IMG/VR virus record: IMGVR_UViG_3300042549_008416
DNA length: 64,000 nt
Strand: one strand, 5' to 3'
DNA from: an uncultured virus (IMG/VR IMGVR_UViG_3300042549_008416)
Taxonomy: Duplodnaviria > Heunggongvirae > Uroviricota > Caudoviricetes
Position numbers and translations under genes: made by a program
The notes under the pieces: generated by a model
What the model saw: only the letters and a program-made list of their open reading frames with translations
Databases searched by the model: none
Told to the model about the DNA's origin: nothing
Shown here: positions 37,760 to 48,401 of the stretch, in pieces
Position numbering within the stretch: position 1 is the first letter of the stretch
How the letters are laid out: each line of letters starts with the position of its first letter

Positions 37760-39912
37760 TGAAAGTTAGTAGACAAGAATTAGATAATTTCGGATTACTG
37801 CAAAGTCTCCCTGAACCATTAAAAAATATGGAAAGTGGAGACAATTTTGTATTTTATTATAATGTAGATGAAGAAAATGCTAAACTTACAGTCTTCAAAT
37901 ATGAAATAGTTAAACAAGTTAATGTAACCTTATATAGAGATTTACAAAGCAAAGCAAAAGAAGCAAAAGTTACATCACTAAGCATAGGATTTTTTACAGA
38001 TACATTTGAAACAAGAGATGGACTATTTTATGAATTTTTGAGAACTTATAATGAGCCAGAAAAAGTAAAAGCTTTTTATTCATATTTAGTTGTTCAAGAC
38101 AAAGTTGTCGATATAAATGTATCAACAGATTCAATTAATGAGATTTATACATCAGATGATTTTAGAAGAGCCATTTCATATTTTTCTCCATCAAGACTAC
38201 AATCTATAATGTTTGTATATGATATGGTAAATCACGCAACTTCAAGAAGGCTTTCAAAAAGTCTTTATGGGGAAATGATTAAAAAAATAGTGAACCTTGT
38301 TGTATATGATGGAGGAGTATTACCTGAAATCGGTGGCTCACTAAGATTTATGGTTATTGGAGAGAATGCAAAACTTACTCAAGAACAATTAGATAAGCTT
38401 AAAGAGGCTAAGATTTTAGTTCGTAATATGGTAAGTATTGATAATGTATATCAAATAACTGGATGGGCTTTAAGTCAAAACGATGGTAAATGGAGAACAA
38501 ATATAGCAGACGACAAAGCTGCTATAAAAAATTCCATTTTATTTGACTATAATGGAAGGAAATTATATGTTCCTAACGGGCAAACAATAGAACAAGTACT
38601 ACCAATTTTAGAAAATCCGCAAAGGTCAGTAGGTTCTGGGTATAGAGGCAGGTTAGCTGAAGTTTTTTCACACCCAACACTATTCGACTACTATCCAAAA
38701 TTGGCATTAATGCCTATAGTTTATTACTATGGAGAAGCTAGTGGGTCTGAACAATTTTATTTTTCTCCTGATGAAAGAGGTGGATTCATAAACATTAATG
38801 GTTCTAAAAGAAGCGGAGACTCTCTTTCAATATTACTGCACGAAATTCAACACTTCGTACAACATCAAGAGGGTTTTGCAACTGGTGGTAATTTATTTCT
38901 AGCACAATTTGTAGCATCAGTAGGTAGTAGTGCAGTAAGAAAAATATTTGCTTGCATTAATAGAATGGAGAGATATTTTAGAGAATATTTATATACTGAT
39001 GATGCAAGATTAGGATTGATATATGCTTTTGAAGAGACAAATGCAAAAACAAATAGCTCAAAACAAATTAAAAAGCAAATTTTAGATATACTTAAAGATA
39101 AAGATGAATATAAATTTAAGTACAAGACAATAAATTTCTATTTAGTTTTATTTGTAGCTGAACAAGGGGATTTTACTACAAGTGAGATAGTTACATATCT
39201 AGAATCAAAAATTACAAATCCTGAAGTAATCTATGAATTATTTGAGAATATTAGTAACGGATATTCAGAATCAAAAAAATATAGAAAAATTTTAGTTAGT
39301 GAAGGTTATAAGGATGACGAATATGATGAACACGGCAACCTAATTAAGATTGGTGATGTTGGTAGAATACTTTTTCAAGGATATGAAAATCTGTATGGAG
39401 AGATGGAAAGTAGAAGTGTACAAGCTTCAAGATTTGTAGAGAGCGAGTTCAAAAACTATTTTTATCTTACTAAATGGGAAAACACTCCAATACAACAACT
39501 TACTGTTATTGATGGAGTAGAAGAAGTTATTGATTGTGATAAAATTGAAGCTGCGGTTGAGAAAAAAGATGATGATTATGTATTACATTTTAAAAAGGAG
39601 AAGTCTTGTGAGCCATTTTTACACGAATTAGGGCATATTGTACACGATATTCTTGATAAATTAGGATACAAGGATAGGATAAAAGCTCAATTCGATAAAG
39701 ATTTGTATTCAGATAATCTTGATGAGTATTTCGTAAATAAATTTTTAGGCTATTTGAAATCAAGAGTAGATGAATCAGGTATTATTAATGATTTGAGATA
39801 TAAGTTAGAACTATCTGATGACCCAGAAATAAATAAAATATTGGATGAATTTTTCACAGATACTCAAGTAAGTGAAAGATTAAAATTTTTACAAAGCATT
39901 TTATCAAAATAA
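37759..39912 (+). CDS. polyvalent-protein-type zincin metallopeptidase (LPD23-like)
   Basis: MVIGENA...TGW...DGKWR; LLHEIQHFVQHQEGFATGGN; GEMESRSVQ; second HELGH. Confidence 0.8.
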   Translation: MKVSRQELDNFGLLQSLPEPLKNMESGDNFVFYYNVDEENAKLTVFKYEIVKQVNVTLYRDLQSKAKEAKVTSLSIGFFTDTFETRDGLFYEFLRTYNEPEKVKAFYSYLVVQDKVVDINVSTDSINEIYTSDDFRRAISYFSPSRLQSIMFVYDMVNHATSRRLSKSLYGEMIKKIVNLVVYDGGVLPEIGGSLRFMVIGENAKLTQEQLDKLKEAKILVRNMVSIDNVYQITGWALSQNDGKWRTNIADDKAAIKNSILFDYNGRKLYVPNGQTIEQVLPILENPQRSVGSGYRGRLAEVFSHPTLFDYYPKLALMPIVYYYGEASGSEQFYFSPDERGGFININGSKRSGDSLSILLHEIQHFVQHQEGFATGGNLFLAQFVASVGSSAVRKIFACINRMERYFREYLYTDDARLGLIYAFEETNAKTNSSKQIKKQILDILKDKDEYKFKYKTINFYLVLFVAEQGDFTTSEIVTYLESKITNPEVIYELFENISNGYSESKKYRKILVSEGYKDDEYDEHGNLIKIGDVGRILFQGYENLYGEMESRSVQASRFVESEFKNYFYLTKWENTPIQQLTVIDGVEEVIDCDKIEAAVEKKDDDYVLHFKKEKSCEPFLHELGHIVHDILDKLGYKDRIKAQFDKDLYSDNLDEYFVNKFLGYLKSRVDESGIINDLRYKLELSDDPEINKILDEFFTDTQVSERLKFLQSILSK

Positions 39913-39914
39913 GT

Positions 39915-41783
39915 ATGGCATCGTTTAAAGAACAAATAGACAAAATTAAGGAAACCCTTAAAAAAGATGACGAAAATGTCGAAATCAAACTTTATGAGTC
40001 TGGCGATACTTTGCTAATACCTGAAACATCAGCTGCTGAGGGAATTTCTGGAGGTGATGGAAATTCTTATACCGTAAAAGGAGGTGGAGGTAAACCCTTA
40101 AGTGGAAGTGGTGGATATAGAGGCGGTAAAGATTATGGTACTGGAAGTAGTACTGGTGGACAAGAAGATGGAGAAAGTGAAGATGGCGAGCAGCCAAAAA
40201 TAGATGGACACGGAAGCGGTCAAGATGGAGATGGGGATGGAGACGGAGGTCAAGATGGTGATGGTGATGGTGATGGTGATGGTGAAGATGGTGATGGTGA
40301 TGGTGATGGTGAAGATGGTGATGGAGGCGGTGAAGACGATGATGGAGATGGGGATGGTGACCAAGAACAAAAAATTAAGGTTGGTACAAAAGTTCGAATA
40401 AAATCTAATGGAAATACTGGTACAGTAACTAGAATAAACGATGATGGAACATATGAGGTTCAGGAAGATGAGCCAGATTTTGAATTGGAAGATGGTGGAA
40501 TTTTTGAAGTACATAAATTTGATGAAGGTGGAACAATTAGCGGCACATATACTGGAGATGAAATTGAAGTAATTTCAAGTGGAAGTGGCGGTGGAAGTAA
40601 GGATGGTGGCAAAGGAAAAGGAAAAGGAAAAGGAAAAGGAAAAGGAAAAGGCAAAGGAAAAGGTGGCGGAAGCGGAGAAGGTGAAGGTGGTGAAGGTGAA
40701 GGTGAAGGAGATGGCGGTAGTGGTGGAGATGGAGATGATGGTCAACCACAAGAACCAATTATTTATGATGTAGAGGAGCTAAAAAATAAATTACAAAGAA
40801 TCAAGAGAAAATCGTTCAAATTACCAGATTTTGCTCTAACATTTTTCAAAGTAGGCTTATATGATTTTACTTTTTACTATTATCAATGCCGTTTAGCAAT
40901 GCTAAATAGGGTTGCAAAAGATGTTTTAAGATACAAAAATCCTATGTCGGTAGAAGATGCTGAAGTTTTCCTCGATTTTGAAAGAAAATATGTAAACCAC
41001 ATTGATTTCTTGAGAACGTGCTCTAATCCAGTATCTGAAAAATATTTTATCAAAACTGATTCAAAACTGAAAATCGATTTAGATAAACAAATAGTTGAAG
41101 TTCCAAGTTTAGACGAAATAGAAGAAATTTTAAATACAAATGAAGACCCAACAGACTTAGTTCTTATGGGAATAACTCAGATTTTAAAATATTTAGAGGA
41201 TAAACAATCAGATGATGACGCATATTATAGAATTATATCATTAACATCATTCTATAAATCAGAGTTTTTTGATAAAAACTGGTTAAAAAGTCACCTTGAC
41301 TTTATGTTCAGCTACTATTATCAAGATAATTTAGGCTTTAGTAACCTATCAAATCCTTGTTTTTCTGGTGTCCTATTAGATGAAGATGTAATATATGAAG
41401 GTATAAATAGGCTTGATTTAGGTAAAAATATGAATGTTTACAATCTTTTAAGAAGATATGACGACTATATTGTATATGTGTGTGATAATATTAGAACTAA
41501 GCCAGCAATACCATATCCTACGAACATTAGTAGAATGATGCTAAGTGATTGCTTTACAATCTCTATTGATTCTACAACAGAAGAAAGGTTAAAAAAGCAA
41601 GAAATCATAAATAATATAGCATTCCAGATTATCTATTTTTATAGATACTCTATTATGTTGCAAAATAATTACCCTAATAAAGAACTATCTTTGTTAAATT
41701 TACAAAAATTATCTAATTTGCAAAAGGAATCTTACAGCTCGTATATCGATGATGTAGATTTACTAACGATTAGAGTCCAATAA
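39915..41783 (+). CDS. Gly/Asp-rich low-complexity protein with a KOW/SH3-like module
   Basis: (DG)n and (GK)n tracts; KVGTKVRIKSNGNTGTV; LEDGG and FDEGG. Confidence 0.75.
   Translation: MASFKEQIDKIKETLKKDDENVEIKLYESGDTLLIPETSAAEGISGGDGNSYTVKGGGGKPLSGSGGYRGGKDYGTGSSTGGQEDGESEDGEQPKIDGHGSGQDGDGDGDGGQDGDGDGDGDGEDGDGDGDGEDGDGGGEDDDGDGDGDQEQKIKVGTKVRIKSNGNTGTVTRINDDGTYEVQEDEPDFELEDGGIFEVHKFDEGGTISGTYTGDEIEVISSGSGGGSKDGGKGKGKGKGKGKGKGKGKGGGSGEGEGGEGEGEGDGGSGGDGDDGQPQEPIIYDVEELKNKLQRIKRKSFKLPDFALTFFKVGLYDFTFYYYQCRLAMLNRVAKDVLRYKNPMSVEDAEVFLDFERKYVNHIDFLRTCSNPVSEKYFIKTDSKLKIDLDKQIVEVPSLDEIEEILNTNEDPTDLVLMGITQILKYLEDKQSDDDAYYRIISLTSFYKSEFFDKNWLKSHLDFMFSYYYQDNLGFSNLSNPCFSGVLLDEDVIYEGINRLDLGKNMNVYNLLRRYDDYIVYVCDNIRTKPAIPYPTNISRMMLSDCFTISIDSTTEERLKKQEIINNIAFQIIYFYRYSIMLQNNYPNKELSLLNLQKLSNLQKESYSSYIDDVDLLTIRVQ
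40224..40361 (+). repeat. (GATGGT)n-like coding microsatellite (Asp-Gly)
   Basis: Direct reading. Confidence 0.9.
40611..40664 (+). repeat. (AAAGGA)n coding repeat (Lys-Gly)
   Basis: Direct reading. Confidence 0.9.
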
Positions 41784-41790
41784 AAATAAT

Positions 41791-42453
41791 ATGGCATATA
41801 AATTCTTTAGTCAAAAACTATTGTCAAGCAATGAACTTGATTTAACTCAAGTATTTCCTGAAAAGCAGGAATTAGCGAGAGGCCAAAATAATGTTTCCTA
41901 TAACTTAGCTGATATTGTATTATTCTTAAAAGATAGAACAGAAGATTTCAAATTTGTTGAAGGTCAATACATTGACTTAGACAACGCTATCAGCGAAATC
42001 GTAAACAAATACTATAAATCACTAGGAGAAAAAAATCCTTTCATAGACGATATAGATGAAGATGCACTAAAAGATTTCGAAGCTGGAGTAGTACCAAGAG
42101 AAGCTGTTATTGTAGAAGAGGGTAAACAAAAAGGTAAAGGTCTTGCCAAGCCAGCTCCAGAAGTTAAGTCTAAAAAATCTAAAGCCGAAACTAAAGAGGT
42201 TGTAGAAGAAGTAAAGGTTGTGGAAGTTACAGAGCCAAAATTAAGCGATTCTGAAAAAATTGAAAAGCTTAAGGTAGACCTTGAAAGAGCTAGACAAATA
42301 TATTATGATGTACTCGATGAAGAAGAACAAGCTATTTATTTAACAAATTTAGAAAAAAGACTTGTAGCAGCTGAATTGGTGGCAGAAGATGGAGACGAGT
42401 ATCTTGTTCAGAGATATAATATTTTAAAAGATTTCGTCAATTCATACAAATAA
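41791..42453 (+). CDS. hypothetical protein
   Basis: 220-aa ORF. Confidence 0.75.
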   Translation: MAYKFFSQKLLSSNELDLTQVFPEKQELARGQNNVSYNLADIVLFLKDRTEDFKFVEGQYIDLDNAISEIVNKYYKSLGEKNPFIDDIDEDALKDFEAGVVPREAVIVEEGKQKGKGLAKPAPEVKSKKSKAETKEVVEEVKVVEVTEPKLSDSEKIEKLKVDLERARQIYYDVLDEEEQAIYLTNLEKRLVAAELVAEDGDEYLVQRYNILKDFVNSYK

Positions 42454-42463
42454 AATTAAAATA

Positions 42464-44722
42464 ATGGATACAAAAGAACTCTTAAATAAAATAGCTAAAC
42501 TAAAAAATGCTATTGATTTGGAATCAGACGCTGATACCAAAAAACTTTACCAAAAAAAGGTAGATGCTCTTGAAAAACAAATCGCTGAAGCTGAAGTAAA
42601 AGTTGAAAAGGTAGAAGCAAAGGCTGCTGCTGAGGAAAAAAAAGACCTTAGTGAAGCTGAGGAAAAAATAAAGAAGCTTAAATCTGCATTAGCCCTTGAA
42701 TCAGACCCTGATACCAAAGCCCTATATCAAAAAAAAATTAGTAAGCTTGAAGAGACTCTTAAAGATGTAAAGCAAGAAATTAAAGAGGAAAAAAAAGAGA
42801 TTGCTGAGCAAAAAAAAGATATAAAACAAGCAACAAAGGAAGTTAAGTCCGCTCAGAAGGAAGTTCGTAAGACTGCCATCAAAAAAGTAGCGGCTAAACA
42901 AGTTGAGCGTAAGCAAGTTGTAACAAGAAAGGCTAAGCGTAAAACAAAAATCAAAACTATTATTTCAGACCTTGATAAACTTATTAATAAAAATAAAGAG
43001 TTAAAGGCTAAATATAAAGACAAAGGAGTAGATTTAAAAAAAGATGCGTCTCGCTCTGCTAAACCTTTTGGCTATCGTTTCGTAGGTAAGCACGATTATC
43101 GTGTACCAACAGAAGCACAAATTCGTAGAGGATTAAAGAGAGGTACTATTGACTATGAAGCAAGACCTAATCGTTCTGATAAATACCCTGAAGCAACAAT
43201 TAAATTAGCTGATGGTGGAAATGTGGCTGATGATAGAAGAAGAATTGTCCTTAGAATTTCAGAAATGATGCGTAGTTATTTTGAGTTCAAAAAAAATAAT
43301 GATTCAGATTATGGTTATAATATAGAAAGTTATGATTTTAGTGATTTAGAATCAGGAGATTTTGATATAATTGAAATAAGAAGAGGGAATGATTATTTAA
43401 TTATTGAGAAAGATAAACCAGACTATATTATTTTTAATGGTAAAAAATACTACAACAAAGATTTATTCAAACAAGGAGATAAGTACTTTTTTGTATATTA
43501 TGATGAAACATATACATTCAAACCTAATGGAGATGTAGGTGCATTGTGGGGTACGGAAGGTAAATTGCACGATATAGGTACATCTGGTCTAAATGCAGAT
43601 TTATTTATTTATATGTTTGATAACAAAACAGATTGGGAAAATATACCAGAAGATTATGAATTTGCTGATGGTGGAATGATGATGGCTGATGGCGGAATGG
43701 CTAAGTACGGAACAATGATGATTGATGGAAAAGAGGAAACTATATTTGAACCAATAAAAGGTTATAAAATATACGAATCAAAAGAAAGGGGAGGTGAACC
43801 ATTCGTCATAGAAATACTAAAATACCCAAATTATGCGGGAAAGGGAGTAAGATATTATTATAATGATAGTAGAAGAAGTGAAAGAGAATATTCCAATAAC
43901 TTGAATAGTGTTATGGAGTTAATGGAGAAAGATTTAGTAAGACATAAAGGAAAAAAAATTACTGAAATAAAGTACTTTGCTGATGGTGGTATGATGGCTA
44001 AAGGGGGAGAATTAAGTACATCAACACTTAAAGATATACAAAGAAAATTTGACCGTAATGAAGATAAAAACTATCATTCAGAGAATGTAGTTCTTTTAGC
44101 AACATTTTTTGGTACTAAAGAAGATATAATGGAAGCTAAAAGAATTTTGGCTTTACATAAAAAAGAAGGTTCATTAAGTTCAGAGAACGGTAAAAAACGT
44201 AGAGATTTAAGCATTAAACTTTTCAAAGCTTGGGATAAAGAAAGAGAAAAATCTGGTTTAATGGCTGAGGGTGGAATGATGAGAAGAGGTGGTCGTACCA
44301 AAGCGGCAATCACTGCTGATAAGAGATACAAAGCCTTGAAAGCTGGTAGAAGAGTTTCCGAAGATGGAAATGTTTACTATGAATCAAGAGCAAATCGTTC
44401 TGATGTTAGCCGCAGAGATAAATTAGCTGATGGTGGTATGATGGCAAGAGGTGGAGCTGTAAAAAAGAAAGTTGCATCTAAGTCAAATCCAAAACCAAGT
44501 AATAAAGTTGGTAAGTCTATTCAAGATAAGCATAGATTTGCAAAGCCAGCAGGTTGGAGATGGAAGGAAGAAGCTTTCGAAAAAAGAATTATTGAACGTA
44601 AACAATTAGCGATGTCTCCTTCTAAAAAAATGAGAGACAAATATCCAAACCTTGTTTACTTTGAAGACAGATTGAACAAAGCAGACGCAAAACCTACAAG
44701 GACATCTGCTGATTCGATATAA
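42464..44722 (+). CDS. modular xxGG-repeat protein with basic coiled coil and repeated E-x-R-x-N-R-S-D modules
   Basis: Nine [FLM]-x-x-GG motifs; internal repeats. Confidence 0.8.
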   Translation: MDTKELLNKIAKLKNAIDLESDADTKKLYQKKVDALEKQIAEAEVKVEKVEAKAAAEEKKDLSEAEEKIKKLKSALALESDPDTKALYQKKISKLEETLKDVKQEIKEEKKEIAEQKKDIKQATKEVKSAQKEVRKTAIKKVAAKQVERKQVVTRKAKRKTKIKTIISDLDKLINKNKELKAKYKDKGVDLKKDASRSAKPFGYRFVGKHDYRVPTEAQIRRGLKRGTIDYEARPNRSDKYPEATIKLADGGNVADDRRRIVLRISEMMRSYFEFKKNNDSDYGYNIESYDFSDLESGDFDIIEIRRGNDYLIIEKDKPDYIIFNGKKYYNKDLFKQGDKYFFVYYDETYTFKPNGDVGALWGTEGKLHDIGTSGLNADLFIYMFDNKTDWENIPEDYEFADGGMMMADGGMAKYGTMMIDGKEETIFEPIKGYKIYESKERGGEPFVIEILKYPNYAGKGVRYYYNDSRRSEREYSNNLNSVMELMEKDLVRHKGKKITEIKYFADGGMMAKGGELSTSTLKDIQRKFDRNEDKNYHSENVVLLATFFGTKEDIMEAKRILALHKKEGSLSSENGKKRRDLSIKLFKAWDKEREKSGLMAEGGMMRRGGRTKAAITADKRYKALKAGRRVSEDGNVYYESRANRSDVSRRDKLADGGMMARGGAVKKKVASKSNPKPSNKVGKSIQDKHRFAKPAGWRWKEEAFEKRIIERKQLAMSPSKKMRDKYPNLVYFEDRLNKADAKPTRTSADSI

Positions 44723-44756
44723 AAAATTTTAAAAAACAGAGAAAAAAACGAAAATT

Positions 44757-45158
44757 ATGAAATTGATTAATGCAGAACTTCAAGCGAAAGAGTTAAAACT
44801 AAAACAACTGAGCCAAGAACTTCAAGATGAAATCGCTCAACACAAAGAAATGATTGTAAAATACAATATGGCTTGCGATGAGTATGACAACGCTGATGAA
44901 GAAGATGAAGAGACTGAAGAAAAGTTAGATGAACAAGAGGATTTTTTAGCAAGGAACGAAAGTGATATTGCAAAGAGAATCAGGGAATTTCAAGTTCCAG
45001 CTCCTGCCTCTGACCCTGAACCAGCTTCTGACCCAAAACCAGCACCTGCTCAACCACCAGCTCCAAAGAAAAGCGACAATTCAGCAGGATGGTTAATTTT
45101 CGGAGGTGCAGTACTGCTCGTAACATTAGGAGCGGTAAATGTGTTCAAAAAGAAGTAA
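44757..45158 (+). CDS. tail-anchored membrane protein
   Basis: Coiled coil, Pro-rich linker, C-terminal TM ending GAVNVFKKK. Confidence 0.75.
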   Translation: MKLINAELQAKELKLKQLSQELQDEIAQHKEMIVKYNMACDEYDNADEEDEETEEKLDEQEDFLARNESDIAKRIREFQVPAPASDPEPASDPKPAPAQPPAPKKSDNSAGWLIFGGAVLLVTLGAVNVFKKK

Positions 45159-45185
45159 ATGATTCTAACACCCCCCAATAGATAA

Positions 45186-45222
45186 GGAAAATTAGGCTGT
45201 AATAAACGACAGCCTTTTTTCC
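45186..45222 (+). terminator. intrinsic terminator
   Basis: AGGCTGT/ACAGCCT stem followed by a T-run. Confidence 0.75.
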
Positions 45223-45237
45223 GTTAAAAGAACTAAT

Positions 45238-46014
45238 ATGGCAAGAAAATTAAGATACAAAGACGCAGAAGGAGATATGGCAAAAGCCGAGTTGCAGAAG
45301 ATTGAAATGTATGCAGCTAAACTCAATGATATGATTCATCCAGATGATGAGTTAGAAGCGTGGGTACAATCTAAATTAAGCCGTGTAGCGACTGATATGG
45401 GAGATGTTAAGCATTATCTTGACTATGAGATTAAGAAAATGAAAGATGGCGGAGAAACCGATGATTTGAAGTATTATAATGTAGGTTTCAAATATGAGCG
45501 AGAAGATGATGATAAAGATATAGTTCGTATCGTTAAGATTCACGCTAATAGCAAAGAAGAAGCTGAAATGATTGCTACTAAAAAATATGAGCCATTCTTT
45601 GATGACTTCGAAATAGTAGAGGTTGAAGAGAAACAATTTAAGTTTGGTGGAGAAGTTACTGCTTTAGAAGTATTAGAAGCCAGAAATATAATTGGAGAGG
45701 ACAGCTGGAAGAAAATGACTCGTCAAGAAAGACTTCAAGTAACAGAGTATCTAATCAACAAAGGTTGGATTGATGAAGAAGAAGATGAATTAATGGGTAT
45801 GCAGCCTGAAATGGATATGATGGAAATGTCTGCTATGCAATATAAAAAAGGTGGCAGGACTGAAGATGAGTTGGATGAATATAAATACGAGAGAGAAGGT
45901 ATCGAGCACGAGATGTTGGAATTTGAATATAAACAAAGAAATGGTGTTGTACCTAGATGGTTTAAGGAAATGCCTTTAAAGTATAAGAGAATTATTATAA
46001 AAAGCAAAAAATGA
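45238..46014 (+). CDS. modular xxGG-repeat protein
   Basis: EGDMAK...LEAWVQSKL module; MKDGG, FKFGG, YKKGG. Confidence 0.75.
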   Translation: MARKLRYKDAEGDMAKAELQKIEMYAAKLNDMIHPDDELEAWVQSKLSRVATDMGDVKHYLDYEIKKMKDGGETDDLKYYNVGFKYEREDDDKDIVRIVKIHANSKEEAEMIATKKYEPFFDDFEIVEVEEKQFKFGGEVTALEVLEARNIIGEDSWKKMTRQERLQVTEYLINKGWIDEEEDELMGMQPEMDMMEMSAMQYKKGGRTEDELDEYKYEREGIEHEMLEFEYKQRNGVVPRWFKEMPLKYKRIIIKSKK

Positions 46015-46343
46015 GTTTAGTAGAAAAAACTAAATTATCTATTTATGGACTCCAAGTCTTAATTGCTGAAGATTATTCATCTAAGCAAGAGATTATGGAT
46101 AAAGTAAAAGCAAAAATTAGTAATCTGCAACTGCTTGATGATGATAATGAGGCGATAGAATCGATTAATTTGTTACAAGCATTCCTAAAGGAGTGTATTG
46201 AACAAGGTAAAAAGATAAACAAATTAGAGCAAAAGGAATTAATTTACGAAGAGGCGTTAAGAAACACAAATTCTACCCACTCAAGAGAGTTCATTCTAAA
46301 AAAGCTACAAAATATTGACACAGACAAAACCAAGTTTTTATGA
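46011..46343 (+). CDS. hypothetical protein
   Basis: Coupled ORF. Confidence 0.65.
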   Translation: MSLVEKTKLSIYGLQVLIAEDYSSKQEIMDKVKAKISNLQLLDDDNEAIESINLLQAFLKECIEQGKKINKLEQKELIYEEALRNTNSTHSREFILKKLQNIDTDKTKFL

Positions 46344-48382
46344 AAAAACAAAGAAGAGGTAAATTTACCTACATTCCAAAAGATGAAATTGCTGAAGTAA
46401 CTACCTTCAACGATGTAACATTTGAAAATGATGACCTATTAGATGGTGCATATGTAAAAGGTCGTAAGAAATATGCTCGTGGCGGTAAAATCAAACTAAG
46501 TTCTTTAGAAGAACAAGCTGCTGAAGCCGTAGGTAATGATGTTTGGTTCTCTCTTCCCAATATTGAGAAGGCTGAATTAGTAGAAGAACTTGTAAAAAGT
46601 GGGATGATTACTCCTCCATCTCTTCCATTTAATGAAGTTGATATGAGAATTTTGCAATATATAGAGCAAAATAAAGATTATCAAGATGATGGTAGTATGG
46701 CATATATGGCTGATGGTGGGGAAATTGAAGTTGGCGACTTTGTAAAATATAAAAAGGCAAAATATCACGCAACAGTTTTAGATGTTGTTGACGATGTAGA
46801 AATTCCTTATGCAAAAATTGAATACCCTAATGGGATGATTGTTACGGCATATTTAGAAGATTTACGAAAGGTAATTTTGGGAGTTGCTCCTGAGTATGTA
46901 AATCCTAATTATATGGCTGATGGTGGATATACAAATAAGTTTGCATCAATGAAGGGTGGAATAGATTATTATTCTGTGGATATTGACACTGAAGATGGAG
47001 AAAATGTAAGGGATTTAGAATTTAAGTCATATAATAAAGCAAAGAAAGTATATGACGAGTATAAAAAATCTATGGAATATGATGGACAATCTATTGAAGA
47101 TATTCAATTAATTGTCATTTATAAAAATGGAGATTATGATTCAATAGGTAGAACAACAAACGGTGAAAAAATTATTGCACCTCATTGGTCTAAAATGTCT
47201 ATAATGCAAAGAAAAGAAATATTAGAAGTTGTTAGGGTAAATCCTTCTGATATTGATATGTATAGCAGAATGGATGTAAGTGAGTTACCAGAATATATAA
47301 AATCAAAGATTTTTGGGTATACTAATATTAGGCTGATGGCTGATGGCGGCACTGCCAAACTTGCTCGTGGCGGTTTTAACGTAGGCCGTTGGTACAGAGA
47401 TAGTTCTGGCGAAGAGTTCAAATATGTAGGAGAGGATATGAAAGGTAATCCTTTATTTAACGATGGTGCACGAACATTGATGAAACCTTATGAAGATTTT
47501 GATTCTGTTAAAGAATCATCTGCTTTTAGTTGGTTTGCTAAGGGTGGCGTAGCTACTGATGGTAAATTTTTGGTTAAATACTATCTTAAAGAAGAACCAA
47601 ACGAGTTCAAAGAGAAAATCTTTGATGACAGAGACAAAGCAGAATTTTTCTTTGACACTATTCAAGACGATGATGATATTGTTGTAATGCCGATTGAGAT
47701 TTATAGAGAGAAGAGACCAGTTGAAATGTCAACCACTGTATATGATAAGGTAATTGCAGAAAAAGCCGCAGAAAAAGCAGCAGATGCTGGTAAGAAAAGT
47801 CTTTTTGCGGCTGCAAAACCAGTTCCTGCAACAAAATCAGCTGCTAAAAAGCGTGAGCGAGTTCAGGTTGATGGTATTGCTAACTTAATCAGAGAATACG
47901 ATGAACTAAATGCCGTAATCAAAGATGCTGAATCTTCTAAAAAAGTAATCGGTGGCGAATTAAAGGAATTAGGAAGAGAAAAATTCTTAGATTTGTATGA
48001 GCAAAGAGGTTTCCGACCAGCAAATTTCGATTTAGCTGACGGGAATGAAAATATATTACTTGAAGTAACCGATAAATACTTAAAGGTAGAACCTGAAAAG
48101 GCAGCTATCCTTGAGCAATATGATGGATTACTTGAAGTAAAAACTACTTATGAGTTCAATGAAGAGATACTTGAGAAGAGAGTTTCAGATAGTATGACTG
48201 TTGGAGATGTAGTAAGTATGTTGATTCAAGATAGCAACTTATTGTCTGATAGCGACAAGGAGAATTTAATCAAAGCTAAAACGACAATGAGAGTACCAAA
48301 AGGTACGTTAGATAGATTATTAGATTATGACAATCCTCGTGAAGTGTTTTCTCTAATACAGCCTATTCTTGCGTTGAAATAG
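46340..48382 (+). CDS. modular xxGG-repeat protein
   Basis: YARGG, MADGG x3, LARGG, FAKGG; SH3/KOW-like module. Confidence 0.8.
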   Translation: MKKQRRGKFTYIPKDEIAEVTTFNDVTFENDDLLDGAYVKGRKKYARGGKIKLSSLEEQAAEAVGNDVWFSLPNIEKAELVEELVKSGMITPPSLPFNEVDMRILQYIEQNKDYQDDGSMAYMADGGEIEVGDFVKYKKAKYHATVLDVVDDVEIPYAKIEYPNGMIVTAYLEDLRKVILGVAPEYVNPNYMADGGYTNKFASMKGGIDYYSVDIDTEDGENVRDLEFKSYNKAKKVYDEYKKSMEYDGQSIEDIQLIVIYKNGDYDSIGRTTNGEKIIAPHWSKMSIMQRKEILEVVRVNPSDIDMYSRMDVSELPEYIKSKIFGYTNIRLMADGGTAKLARGGFNVGRWYRDSSGEEFKYVGEDMKGNPLFNDGARTLMKPYEDFDSVKESSAFSWFAKGGVATDGKFLVKYYLKEEPNEFKEKIFDDRDKAEFFFDTIQDDDDIVVMPIEIYREKRPVEMSTTVYDKVIAEKAAEKAADAGKKSLFAAAKPVPATKSAAKKRERVQVDGIANLIREYDELNAVIKDAESSKKVIGGELKELGREKFLDLYEQRGFRPANFDLADGNENILLEVTDKYLKVEPEKAAILEQYDGLLEVKTTYEFNEEILEKRVSDSMTVGDVVSMLIQDSNLLSDSDKENLIKAKTTMRVPKGTLDRLLDYDNPREVFSLIQPILALK

Positions 48383-48401
48383 AAATTAAAAAGCGAAATA
48401 T

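Noticed and set aside
40098..40773. Alternative-frame ORFs (MVMVMV, PFPFPF, KEKEKE, TITITI)
   Set aside because: Shadows of coding microsatellites within 39915-41783
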